Assembly: GCA_043823315.1 (NCBI GenBank)
Contig: JBDRAU010000082.1
Span: 1-45,309, forward strand
Source of the DNA: a bacterium
GTDB taxonomy: Bacteria > Patescibacteriota > UBA1384 > DTJR01
Reading direction: 5' to 3'
Length of the DNA stretch: 45,309 nt
Part shown: in pieces, positions 21,676 through 29,855 of the stretch
How the letters are laid out: each line of letters starts with the position of its first letter
Numbering within the stretch: position 1 is the stretch's first letter
Made by a program: the position numbers and the translations under genes
The notes under the pieces: model-generated
Databases searched by the model: none
Told to the model about the DNA's origin: nothing
Seen by the model: the letters and a program-made list of their open reading frames with translations, nothing else

Positions 21676-22412
21676 TAATTGTTAAAGAAAAGGATGAAAT
21701 CTCTAAAATAGCCAAATCGGCCAGGGTCGCCTCTTTTGCTCTAAAAGAAGTAATAAAAAACGTTAAACCCGGGGTAAATTCGCTTGATCTTGATAAAATA
21801 GCAAACAGGATCATTGTGTCACGTGGCGGAAAGCCCTCGTTTTTGGGCTTCAAGGGCTATCCTGCCTCTATTTGTGTTTCCTTAAATGATGAATTGGTTC
21901 ATGGGCTTCCTAACAACAGAAAAATTGCCTCTGGGGACATGGTGAAGGTTGACCTGGGTGTTGAACTAGATGGATATCACTCTGATACCGCAAAAACCGT
22001 ATTTGTAGGCAGACCAAACAAAGATCACTTGAGATTAATGAATGGGGTCAAAACTGCGCTAGAGCAAACGGTGAGATTCATAAAACCAGGCGTTAGGGTG
22101 GGAGAGATCGAGAAAATTACGGGAAAAGTCCTTAAAAAGTATAATTTATCACCTGTACTGACCCTATCAGGCCATGGGATAGGGAAGGATCTTCACGAAG
22201 AGCCATCTATTAAGTCAGACGGTAATCCAAGCGACGGAGAAACCATAAAAGAGGGGATGGTTCTGGCTATTGAACCTATGGCAACTCTTGGCACCGGCAA
22301 AGTCAAATTATCGCATGATGGTTGGTCTATAAAGTCAGTTGACGGATCATTTGCAGCTCACTTTGAACACACGATAGTAGTTACGCAAAATGGCTCCAAA
22401 ATATTGACATAA
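21672..22412 (+). CDS. map: Type I methionine aminopeptidase
   Basis: Contains FKGYPASICVSLNDELVHG, DLGVELDGYHSD, GHGIGKDLHEEP and FEHTIVVT (metal ligands). It follows secY directly with no adk. Confidence 0.93.
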   Translation: MIIVKEKDEISKIAKSARVASFALKEVIKNVKPGVNSLDLDKIANRIIVSRGGKPSFLGFKGYPASICVSLNDELVHGLPNNRKIASGDMVKVDLGVELDGYHSDTAKTVFVGRPNKDHLRLMNGVKTALEQTVRFIKPGVRVGEIEKITGKVLKKYNLSPVLTLSGHGIGKDLHEEPSIKSDGNPSDGETIKEGMVLAIEPMATLGTGKVKLSHDGWSIKSVDGSFAAHFEHTIVVTQNGSKILT

Positions 22413-22460
22413 TAGAGAAGAAATGATAAAATATATAAGTAAAGATTTTGTTAAGGGTGA

Positions 22461-22685
22461 ATGCCAGATAAAGATATTATAGAATTCGAGGGTGAAGTAA
22501 TAGAGGCATTACCTAATGCCCTTTTTAAAATTGCCTTGGATTCGGGACAGGAAATAATGGGGCACCTGAGCGGCAAGATGCGTATGCATTATATAAAACT
22601 GGTAGAAGGAGATAGGGTTCTTGTCGAAATGACTCCTTATGACCTAACCAAGGGTAGGATAAAAAGAAGGATTGATAAAAGATGA
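22461..22685 (+). CDS. infA: Translation initiation factor IF-1
   Basis: 74 aa with [32 protein letters not shown] and [18 protein letters not shown]. Confidence 0.96.
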   Translation: MPDKDIIEFEGEVIEALPNALFKIALDSGQEIMGHLSGKMRMHYIKLVEGDRVLVEMTPYDLTKGRIKRRIDKR

Positions 22686-22810
22686 AAGTTAGACCTTCGG
22701 TTAAAAAAATCTGTAATAAGTGCAAGATTGTTAGGCGAAGAGGGAAAAAATCCTCAACTAAAATTATTGTATCTTGCGAGAATCCTCGTCATAAACAGAG
22801 GCAAGGTTAA
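22682..22810 (+). CDS. rpmJ: 50S ribosomal protein L36 (42 aa; not in the ORF track)
   Basis: Hand translation gives [42 protein letters not shown]. The ATG overlaps the infA stop (ATGA). The canonical L36 Zn motif is present, with a 5-aa insertion. Confidence 0.9.
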   Translation: MKVRPSVKKICNKCKIVRRRGKKSSTKIIVSCENPRHKQRQG

Positions 22811-22812
22811 TT

Positions 22813-23199
22813 ATGACAAGAATAGCAGGAGTTAATTTACCGGAAAACAAAAGGGCTGTAATAGCACTGACCTCTATTGAGGGGATCGGTTTATCTACTT
22901 CTAAAAAGATACTCTCTTCACTCAAACTTGACGAATCGCAAAAGCTTTCCAGCGTAACAGAACCTCAAATCGAGCAAATCAGAAACATCATAGAAAAGGA
23001 TTATGTGGTAGAAGGGGATTTAAGAGTCGGGATTACGAACAATTTAAAGAGACTTAAAAATATTGGAACCTACCGAGGACTGAGACATATTAAAAACCTG
23101 CCCGTTCACGGTCAAAGAACAAAGACAAATGCAAGAACCAAACGAGGGAAAAAAATAACAGTAGGATCGGGAAGAAAGAAATCAGCGGAGAAGACATAA
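22813..23199 (+). CDS. rpsM: 30S ribosomal protein S13
   Basis: Contains MTRIAGVNLPENKRAVIALTSIEGIG, YRGLRH and HGQRTKTNART. Confidence 0.95.
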   Translation: MTRIAGVNLPENKRAVIALTSIEGIGLSTSKKILSSLKLDESQKLSSVTEPQIEQIRNIIEKDYVVEGDLRVGITNNLKRLKNIGTYRGLRHIKNLPVHGQRTKTNARTKRGKKITVGSGRKKSAEKT

Positions 23200-23200
23200 A

Positions 23201-23581
23201 ATGGTTAAAAAGACTTCAAAAAAAAAGATCAAGAACATTCCACACGCTAAAGTTTACATTAGTTCGTCTTTCAATAACTCAATCATGAGCGCAACGGATA
23301 AACAGGGAAATGTATTTGCATGGTCGTCAACCGGAACAGCGGGTTTCAAAGGGACAAAAAAATCCACTCCATTTGCCGCGACACAAACAGCCAAAATATT
23401 AATCGACAAGATGCATGAATCGGGAGTGTCCGAAATCGAGGTTTATGTTTCAGGAATTTCAACCGGAAGAGATTCGGCCCTCAGAGCAATTGCAGGAGGC
23501 GGGTTTAAAATAACAAAGATAAAAGATCAAACGCCAATTCCACACAATGGGTGCAGAGCTAAGAAGCCCAGGAGAGTATAA
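23201..23581 (+). CDS. rpsK: 30S ribosomal protein S11
   Basis: Contains AKVYISSSFNNSIMSATD, GFKGTKKSTPFAA and TPIPHNGCRAKKPRRV. Confidence 0.95.
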   Translation: MVKKTSKKKIKNIPHAKVYISSSFNNSIMSATDKQGNVFAWSSTGTAGFKGTKKSTPFAATQTAKILIDKMHESGVSEIEVYVSGISTGRDSALRAIAGGGFKITKIKDQTPIPHNGCRAKKPRRV

Positions 23582-23582
23582 T

Positions 23583-24179
23583 ATGCAAAAACTTGATAAA
23601 TGTAGAATCTGCAGACGCGTTGGTGAAAAACTCTTTTTAAAGGGCGAAAAGTGTAATCTTCCGAGTTGTCCTGTTACAAAGAGACCATATGCCCCGGGGC
23701 AGGTCGGAAATAAGAGACGTCCAAGAAAAGGATCTGATTACTCTAGACAACTGCTTGAAAAACAGAAGGCTCGTGCAATTTATGGTGTAACCGAAAAACA
23801 GATGGCGAACTATTTTGCCCTAGCAAGAAAAACTCGTCACTCAACCGGATCGGAATTGATAAAACTTTTAGAAAATAGACTCGACAACGTTGTATATAAA
23901 GCCGGATGGGCCACAAGTCGCAGAGAAGCCAGACAAATTGTGGCACACGGAAATATCGCCGTAAATGGTAGAATATCAAAGTCTCCTTCGCTACAAACAA
24001 AAATAATTGATACACTGACGCTTAAAACCAATAAAAAAATAGATACAAAGAAAGATGTTCCAGAATTCATCAAGTATTCTAAAGATTTCAAAGAAGTTGA
24101 AATAGTTGCAGAAGTCGATACAGAAAACATTTTATCTAATTTGGATATACAACTAATTATTGAATTTTATTCAAGATAA
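23583..24179 (+). CDS. rpsD: 30S ribosomal protein S4 (zinc-finger form)
   Basis: Begins MQKLDKCRICRRVGEKLFLKGEKCNLPSCP and contains an S4 RNA-binding domain (RLDNVVYKAGWATSRREARQIVAHGNIAVNG). I place the start at ATG 23583 after AGGAGAG, not the in-frame 23547 of the ORF track. Confidence 0.92.
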   Translation: MQKLDKCRICRRVGEKLFLKGEKCNLPSCPVTKRPYAPGQVGNKRRPRKGSDYSRQLLEKQKARAIYGVTEKQMANYFALARKTRHSTGSELIKLLENRLDNVVYKAGWATSRREARQIVAHGNIAVNGRISKSPSLQTKIIDTLTLKTNKKIDTKKDVPEFIKYSKDFKEVEIVAEVDTENILSNLDIQLIIEFYSR

Positions 24180-24190
24180 TAGGAGAGATC

Positions 24191-24976
24191 ATGGATTATA
24201 TTTTGCCCGATTTGAGTCTGCTCAAAATTAACTCAACCTTAAGCGACGAAGGCAACACGGGGGTATTTGAAATTGAGCCGTTACTTCCGGGGTATGGTGT
24301 AACGATCGGCAATAGCTTAAGAAGAGTATTACTTTCCTCCCTGGAAGGATATGCGATAAAAAGTGTCAAAATCGAAGGCGTAGATCATGAATATTCCACC
24401 CTCAAAGGTATGAAGGAAGATATTGTAGATCTCATTTTAAACTTGAAAATGGCAAGGTTTCGATTGAATGATGTTGGTAGTGCCAAACTCGAGTTGTCGG
24501 TCAAGGGCCCAAAGGATGTGACCTTAAATGATTTCAAAAAGTCTTCAGACGTTGAAATAGTCTCGGTAAATCATCATCTTGCAACACTTGAGAAAGGTGG
24601 AAAAATTGATTTAACCATCGAGGTTGATAAAGGCAGGGGTTATATTCCTGTAGAGAAAAGAACTGAAGAAAAACTTCCAATCGGAACTATAATGGTTGAC
24701 AGCATATATACTCCGGTGAAAAAGGTACGATTCGATGTTGAAAATGCTCGCGTTGGTGGAATGACCAACTACAACAAGCTCATAATTGAAATTACTACCG
24801 ACGGTTCATTGTCCCCACAAGAGTCGCTCGATACAGCATGCAAGATAGTTAATGAACACTTGAGTGTTATCTCTTCTGCTATGAGTGATCTTGCTACGCC
24901 GTCAAAAAAAGCGAAGAAACAGAAAACGATCAAAACCAAAACTAAAAAAACGACTAAAGCTAAGAAGAAGTCTTAA
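24191..24976 (+). CDS. rpoA: DNA-directed RNA polymerase subunit alpha, N-terminal domain only (no alpha-CTD; Lys-rich tail)
   Basis: 261 aa. The NTD contains PGYGVTIGNSLRRVLLSS and VKKVRFDVENARVGGMTNYNKLIIEITTDGS. After NEHLSVISSA the protein ends with MSDLATPSKKAKKQKTIKTKTKKTTKAKKKS. Confidence 0.93.
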   Translation: MDYILPDLSLLKINSTLSDEGNTGVFEIEPLLPGYGVTIGNSLRRVLLSSLEGYAIKSVKIEGVDHEYSTLKGMKEDIVDLILNLKMARFRLNDVGSAKLELSVKGPKDVTLNDFKKSSDVEIVSVNHHLATLEKGGKIDLTIEVDKGRGYIPVEKRTEEKLPIGTIMVDSIYTPVKKVRFDVENARVGGMTNYNKLIIEITTDGSLSPQESLDTACKIVNEHLSVISSAMSDLATPSKKAKKQKTIKTKTKKTTKAKKKS

Positions 24977-24981
24977 TAACG

Positions 24982-25359
24982 ATGAAGAAGATAAAGCTTT
25001 CCAGAAAGTCACAACAAAAAAAACGTCTAGTAAAAAACTTGCTATCGTCGTTAATTTTGTTTGAAGAAGTCAAAACCACTTCTGCAAAAGCAAAAGCCCT
25101 TAAGCAAGATGGACAAAGGCTTATCAGTAAAATCAAAACAGAAAAAAATGAGGTTAACCTTAAAAGATACATCCACAGCCAGTTATATGGTGGGGCGCGT
25201 GAAAAAGCATATGACAACAGGGATTTGTTCGAAGGTATTGCGATTTACAAGCTTTCAAAACGGTTGGGGGACGGAGCAAATATTGTGATTGTGAAACTGT
25301 CAAAATCAAGTCCTGCAACCATAAAAGATAAAAAAAGCTCCGAGAAAGATAAGAAATGA
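24982..25359 (+). CDS. rplQ: 50S ribosomal protein L17
   Basis: 125 aa following rpoA. LVKNLLSSLILFEEVKTTSAKAKAL is L17-like. Confidence 0.88.
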   Translation: MKKIKLSRKSQQKKRLVKNLLSSLILFEEVKTTSAKAKALKQDGQRLISKIKTEKNEVNLKRYIHSQLYGGAREKAYDNRDLFEGIAIYKLSKRLGDGANIVIVKLSKSSPATIKDKKSSEKDKK

Positions 25360-25715
25360 CCAAAATTTCAATCGATGTTAAAAACATGGCGCTTGGTAGG
25401 GCAGCATCAGAGGTTGCGAAACTTATTATTGGCAAGCATTTGACCGATTATTCGCCAAATAAACTACCCGAAATTCAGGTTGAAGTCGAAAATGTAGATC
25501 AACTTCAATTTAGCGGTAGGAAAATGATTAATAAAAAGTATTTTAAACACAGTGGCTATATAGGTAATTTAAAAGAATACTCACTTGAGGATGAATATAA
25601 ATCAAATCCTAAGGGATTGTTCAGAAAATGCGTTAAAAGCATGCTGCCTAAGAATAAACTAGCCGACCAGATGATAAAGAAACTAATTTTCAAACAACAT
25701 GGTAAAGAAAGCTGA
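25356..25715 (+). CDS. rplM: 50S ribosomal protein L13 (short, 119 aa)
   Basis: Contains LGRAASEVAKLIIGKH, YFKHSGYIGNLK and MLPKNKLADQMIKKL. Confidence 0.9.
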   Translation: MTKISIDVKNMALGRAASEVAKLIIGKHLTDYSPNKLPEIQVEVENVDQLQFSGRKMINKKYFKHSGYIGNLKEYSLEDEYKSNPKGLFRKCVKSMLPKNKLADQMIKKLIFKQHGKES

Positions 25716-26091
25716 ATACCAATTTGGCACAGGAAGAAGAAAGAGCTCGAAAGCCCAAGTAAGGGTTTTTAAAGGTACTGGAAAACTCATTAACACAAAA
25801 AAACCTACTAATGTTTTTTCAGAAAAAGAACTATCTTACATCATGGAGCCTCTAAAATTATTGGGACTTGAGAAAAAATATGACGTATCTTACATCGTCT
25901 CAGGAGGTGGAACAAGCTCTCAACTAGACTCAATCAGACTGGGTCTCTCGCGGGCTGTCTCTAAAACATCAGAGGAGGCCTCTAAAACCCTGAAAAAGGA
26001 AAATCTTTTATCGCGCGATCCAAGAGAAAAAGAGCGCAAAAAGCCAGGCCTTAAGAGAGCCAGGAAAGCTCCTCAGTGGGCCAAGAGATAA
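25699..26091 (+). CDS. rpsI: 30S ribosomal protein S9
   Basis: Contains GTGRRKSSKAQVRV, GGGTSSQLDSIRLGLSRA and the RDPREKERKKPGLKRARKAPQWAKR tail. Confidence 0.95.
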   Translation: MVKKAEYQFGTGRRKSSKAQVRVFKGTGKLINTKKPTNVFSEKELSYIMEPLKLLGLEKKYDVSYIVSGGGTSSQLDSIRLGLSRAVSKTSEEASKTLKKENLLSRDPREKERKKPGLKRARKAPQWAKR

Positions 26092-26394
26092 ATGCAAAAA
26101 AGCATTAGGCGAGAAAAACTTACAGAATATATTAAGCACTCAGTCGACATTTATTTAAGCCAAAATATCGAGAAGCTGGGCTTGGTTCATATTATTGATG
26201 TAAACCTTAGCGAAGATAGTAAAACAGCGTTTGTTTATATATCATGCCCTATCCATCAGAATGAAAAAAAACTAGAAAATAGTATAATCAATGACAGACG
26301 CGATATCTCAGAGATATTTAAGAAAATGTTCAGCAGCAAGTACATCCCGAAAGTGAAAATTGTATGTGTGAAAGAAACCGATGTTAAACTTTAG
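26092..26394 (+). CDS. rbfA: Ribosome-binding factor A-like protein
   Basis: 100 aa. The pattern R-x-KL-x-x-I-x(n)-V-x-LS-x-D-x-K-x-A-x-VY ... KYIPKV resembles RbfA. The match is weak and made by eye only. Confidence 0.45.
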   Translation: MQKSIRREKLTEYIKHSVDIYLSQNIEKLGLVHIIDVNLSEDSKTAFVYISCPIHQNEKKLENSIINDRRDISEIFKKMFSSKYIPKVKIVCVKETDVKL

Positions 26395-26746
26395 TTTATT
26401 TTCGTTAATTTTGATCTCATCCGGCCTTCTATTTGTTATTTTATTTAATACGAACCCTATAGGGTCCAGTAATCTAATTGTTGCAACTTTCTTCATAAGC
26501 TTACTGACTCTTATCTTTGCGCTTACCTCGTTGGTCTATATCCTGATCAAAAGAACAAAATCTAAAACCCTAAATAAAACGCTTGTAATACGAAGGTCGC
26601 TATTCTTCTCACTTGTTATCGTAGGACTTATTTCTTTTTCGGCGTTAAATGTGCTGAATTTTATTTCAGCAATAACTTTCATTATCGCAGTAGTTTTACT
26701 CGAGTTCTTCTTTTCAAGTAAGAAAGTTGAGCAGAACAAAAAATGA
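26381..26746 (+). CDS. Small integral membrane protein (3-4 predicted TM helices), function unknown
   Basis: 121-aa ORF with long hydrophobic runs. It overlaps both neighbouring genes in operon style. Confidence 0.55.
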   Translation: MLNFSLFSLILISSGLLFVILFNTNPIGSSNLIVATFFISLLTLIFALTSLVYILIKRTKSKTLNKTLVIRRSLFFSLVIVGLISFSALNVLNFISAITFIIAVVLLEFFFSSKKVEQNKK

Positions 26747-27678
26747 AAAAAATTTACATTGTTGTATTATTATTTTTAGTTTTGGCCCTAACTATTTATT
26801 TTATTGGGTTTTCTAATAATAAAAATGGTAGTGTACTCGGGTCTTCTGTCAATAATTTTTACCTTGAAAAAACAGTTAAAATTTACCAAAATCCAACCAA
26901 AGATCCAACATCTGTTGATCCGAGAATTTACGCTGATTCAGTAGTTTTAATAGATGCAAAAACAAAGTATCCGCTTTATGTAAAAAATCCCGAAAAACCA
27001 GTTCCTATCGCCAGTATTACCAAAATAATGACAGCTATTATTACGCTAGACAAGTTTGAGCTAGATGAAATTGTCGAAATAAAGAAAGACCAGACGGAAG
27101 TAATTGGATCGAAGGTATTTCTTAAAGAAGGTGAAAAGATTACTGTTGAGAATTTACTGTACTGTCTATTGATGAGCTCTGGAAACGATGCAGCAAAAAC
27201 TCTTGCAACCTTCAAAACATCTCAGGAGGAGTTTATAAAAGCAATGAATGAAAAAGCCAAAGAGCTTGGCCTTAAAAATACTGAATTTAAAGATCCGGCT
27301 GGACTGGACGATACAGGGCACTCCTCGGCTCGTGATATCGCAATATTATTTTCATATGGCCTGAGCCGTAACGACTTTACAAAAATAGTTTCAGCCTCAG
27401 AAAAAACGGTTACATCAGTCGATGGCAGCGAGATACATGAACTTAAAAATTCGAACCGATTAACCACGGGAGAGATCCCCATGGATGGGATTATTGGCGG
27501 AAAGACCGGATTCACGCCAGATGCAGGACACACGCTTGTCAGTGCTGCCGAGAAGGACAGCAACAGGATAGTGGGTGTAGTTCTAAACACTCTAAATTCA
27601 ACTGTCTCAGCAAGTGCCGAGGAGATGAAGAAGCTTCTCGAATGGGGCTTTCAATCATACACCTTTAATCAGCCATGA
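26743..27678 (+). CDS. Serine-type D-Ala-D-Ala carboxypeptidase (peptidase S11, PBP5/6-like)
   Basis: N-terminal signal anchor, with the three penicillin-binding motifs SITK (SxxK), SGN and KTG in the correct order. Confidence 0.8.
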   Translation: MKKIYIVVLLFLVLALTIYFIGFSNNKNGSVLGSSVNNFYLEKTVKIYQNPTKDPTSVDPRIYADSVVLIDAKTKYPLYVKNPEKPVPIASITKIMTAIITLDKFELDEIVEIKKDQTEVIGSKVFLKEGEKITVENLLYCLLMSSGNDAAKTLATFKTSQEEFIKAMNEKAKELGLKNTEFKDPAGLDDTGHSSARDIAILFSYGLSRNDFTKIVSASEKTVTSVDGSEIHELKNSNRLTTGEIPMDGIIGGKTGFTPDAGHTLVSAAEKDSNRIVGVVLNTLNSTVSASAEEMKKLLEWGFQSYTFNQP

Positions 27679-27745
27679 TAATCCCAAAATCTACGAGTTG
27701 TCACTAGTCTATTGACGATCGTGAATTTTGTGTTACTTTCTTTAT

Positions 27746-28453
27746 ATGCAATTATCACCACTTTATCAACTCTTAATATTTATCGAAGACCGCAAAGAGG
27801 CTTCTCTTGATGATTTAAAATTTTTATCACCGGCAGTGTTGAGGGGAATATTGGGAAAAATGGAGGCAATGAAGCTGGTTGAAAAATCAAATTCAGTTAT
27901 AAAAATCTCAAAGGAGGGACAAAATCTGTTAAATAACACGCTAGACTATCTTCACGAAAAGACTATCCATTGGGACGGAAAATGGAGATTTGTTTCTTTT
28001 TCAATTCCAGAGCCAAAACGATCCTTAAGGGATAAACTTAGAAGGTTTCTAGAAGAAAAAGGAGCTAAGATGGTTTTTAATGGATTATGGATATCGCCAC
28101 TTGATATAAGCAGTGGATTAACGATCTTTTCTAAAAAGTCAGGAATTTTCAAAAAAATACTAATCATAGAGTCAAACGAGATTTCAACGGGCATAACCAA
28201 AGAAGAACTTCAAACTCTTTGGAATTTTGATTCATCAAAGCAAGATATATATCAATTTATTAACAAAGCCGAAATTTTCCTAAAGCAGCGTATAAGAGAC
28301 TCTTTCGAAGTTAAAAAGATAATTTTTGAATACGCTCTTATACTAAAATCACAGCCGAAACTACCTATTGAACTATTCCCAAGCGACTGGCCTCAATTTA
28401 GAGCTGGAATATCGTACAGAAAGGTCAAAAGATTGCTTACCCAAAAAGTTTAA
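27746..28453 (+). CDS. PaaX-like winged-helix regulator family protein
   Basis: An N-terminal wHTH-like region is followed by WDGKWRFVSFSIPEPKRSLRDKLRRFLEEKGAKMVFNGLWISP, the typical PaaX-family central motif. I place the start at ATG 27746; the ORF track uses TTG 27728. Confidence 0.45.
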   Translation: MQLSPLYQLLIFIEDRKEASLDDLKFLSPAVLRGILGKMEAMKLVEKSNSVIKISKEGQNLLNNTLDYLHEKTIHWDGKWRFVSFSIPEPKRSLRDKLRRFLEEKGAKMVFNGLWISPLDISSGLTIFSKKSGIFKKILIIESNEISTGITKEELQTLWNFDSSKQDIYQFINKAEIFLKQRIRDSFEVKKIIFEYALILKSQPKLPIELFPSDWPQFRAGISYRKVKRLLTQKV

Positions 28454-29135
28454 CTAATGCCTTAGTCGCAGCGTCCTGTTCCGCCAAATTCTTTGAACTT
28501 CCTTCACCTTCTGTGACTAAGTCCTCACCAACAAAGACTCCGCTGGTAAAATTCTTATTGTGATCAGGACCTTTTTCTTTTATGACTTTATAGTGCGGGG
28601 TCAGCTTGTGGATTTCCTGAACCTTTTCTTGAAGCTCACTCTTAGAATCGATATATAACCTCTCCCTAAGCACCGTATCAACATTGCTAGCAACATTTTC
28701 AATTATAAATTGTTTTGCTGTTTCATACCCCTGATCAAGGTAAATTGCCCCTATCAAAGCCTCGAGAGTATTGGCAAGTATTAAACTCTTTGCTTTTTGC
28801 GAGGATTTTTTTTCTCCAATCGAAAGAAGTAGATAATCATACAAACCAAGTGTGTCAGCTATATCGGAGAGATTCTTTCCTCTTACTAGGGCGCTTCTAA
28901 TTGCAGTAAGTTCACCTTCGTTTTTCTTGTATTTTTCATACAAGAATTCAGTGATAATAAGTTCCAAAACAGCATCTCCGAGAAACTCTAACCTTTCATT
29001 GCTTTCGTTTGCAGTATTGTTTTCATTAAGAAATGATCGATGAACAAAAGCTTTATTTAGGAGCTGCTTGTTTTTAAAATCGATTCCCATCTCTTTCTCA
29101 AGTCCCTCTAGCTTTGTCATTATTTCTTTGTTCAT
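28437..29135 (-). CDS. rnc: Ribonuclease III
   Basis: Contains the RNase III signature NERLEFLGDAVLEL and a C-terminal dsRBD (GPDHNKNF...GEGSSKNLAEQDAA). I place the start at ATG 29135 (MNKEIMTK), just after the nusB stop, not the longer 29201 ORF. Confidence 0.92.
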   Translation of the reverse strand: MNKEIMTKLEGLEKEMGIDFKNKQLLNKAFVHRSFLNENNTANESNERLEFLGDAVLELIITEFLYEKYKKNEGELTAIRSALVRGKNLSDIADTLGLYDYLLLSIGEKKSSQKAKSLILANTLEALIGAIYLDQGYETAKQFIIENVASNVDTVLRERLYIDSKSELQEKVQEIHKLTPHYKVIKEKGPDHNKNFTSGVFVGEDLVTEGEGSSKNLAEQDAATKALVKLFG

Positions 29136-29136
29136 T

Positions 29137-29559
29137 TTATTTATCCTCGCTTTGGTATTTATCACAATTCCTATAAACCGAGCCAAGTACACCATTAACA
29201 AACTTTGAAGACGTTTCCGATCCGAAGGATTTAGCTAATTCTATTGCCTCATTTATGACTACTTTAGGGGGTGTATCGAACTCGTATAGCTCACAAATTG
29301 CCATTCTTAATATATTTCTATCGATAATTGCAACCTGGTTAATTGGCCAATCTGGAGCATATTTTTCTATGTCCTTATCTAAATCTGATTGTTTATCGTG
29401 TGTTTTTTGAGCCAGCTTCTTACCAAAGTCACTGTTTTCGGGGTCTTCGTTGATATTTTTAATATGTCGCTCGAATAAGACTGAAATTTTCGCGTCATGC
29501 CTGAAGTCTGATTCATAAAGCGATTGGAGCGTTATTACTCGGGCGTAGTGCCTATTCAT
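29137..29559 (-). CDS. nusB: Transcription antitermination factor NusB
   Basis: 140 aa with [40 protein letters not shown] and KFVNGVLG. Confidence 0.9.
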   Translation of the reverse strand: MNRHYARVITLQSLYESDFRHDAKISVLFERHIKNINEDPENSDFGKKLAQKTHDKQSDLDKDIEKYAPDWPINQVAIIDRNILRMAICELYEFDTPPKVVINEAIELAKSFGSETSSKFVNGVLGSVYRNCDKYQSEDK

Positions 29560-29788
29560 TGTCTTTGTCTTCTTTGAGTTGCTCTTCCACTTTTTTCTTC
29601 TTAATTATATCTGATTTGATATCGACTACTTTTTTACCTTTGTAGAACCCACAATTGAAGCATACCTTGTGCGGGATTGTCTTATTTTTGCAGTTCGTAC
29701 AGACAATGAGAGTTTTTTCGCGAAGCGCATCCTTACTTTGTCTGTTTCCGGACCTCGTCGATGTCATTCTTTTTTTTGGTTCTGCCAT
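29552..29788 (-). CDS. rpmF: 50S ribosomal protein L32 (zinc-ribbon form, C-terminal extension)
   Basis: Begins [18 protein letters not shown] and contains [22 protein letters not shown]. Confidence 0.9.
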   Translation of the reverse strand: MAEPKKRMTSTRSGNRQSKDALREKTLIVCTNCKNKTIPHKVCFNCGFYKGKKVVDIKSDIIKKKKVEEQLKEDKDNE

Positions 29789-29855
29789 ATTTACCTTTCC
29801 TTCCGTTTGGCTGCGCCATCAGCGGAAAGTCCTTTTTACGGGATGATTATTAGTT

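Noticed and set aside
12953-22685. I considered an alternative genetic code with UGA reassigned, as in some CPR relatives.
   Set aside because: TGA terminates rplC (12953-12955) and infA (22683-22685) exactly where the next conserved gene starts. All conserved genes are intact under code 11.
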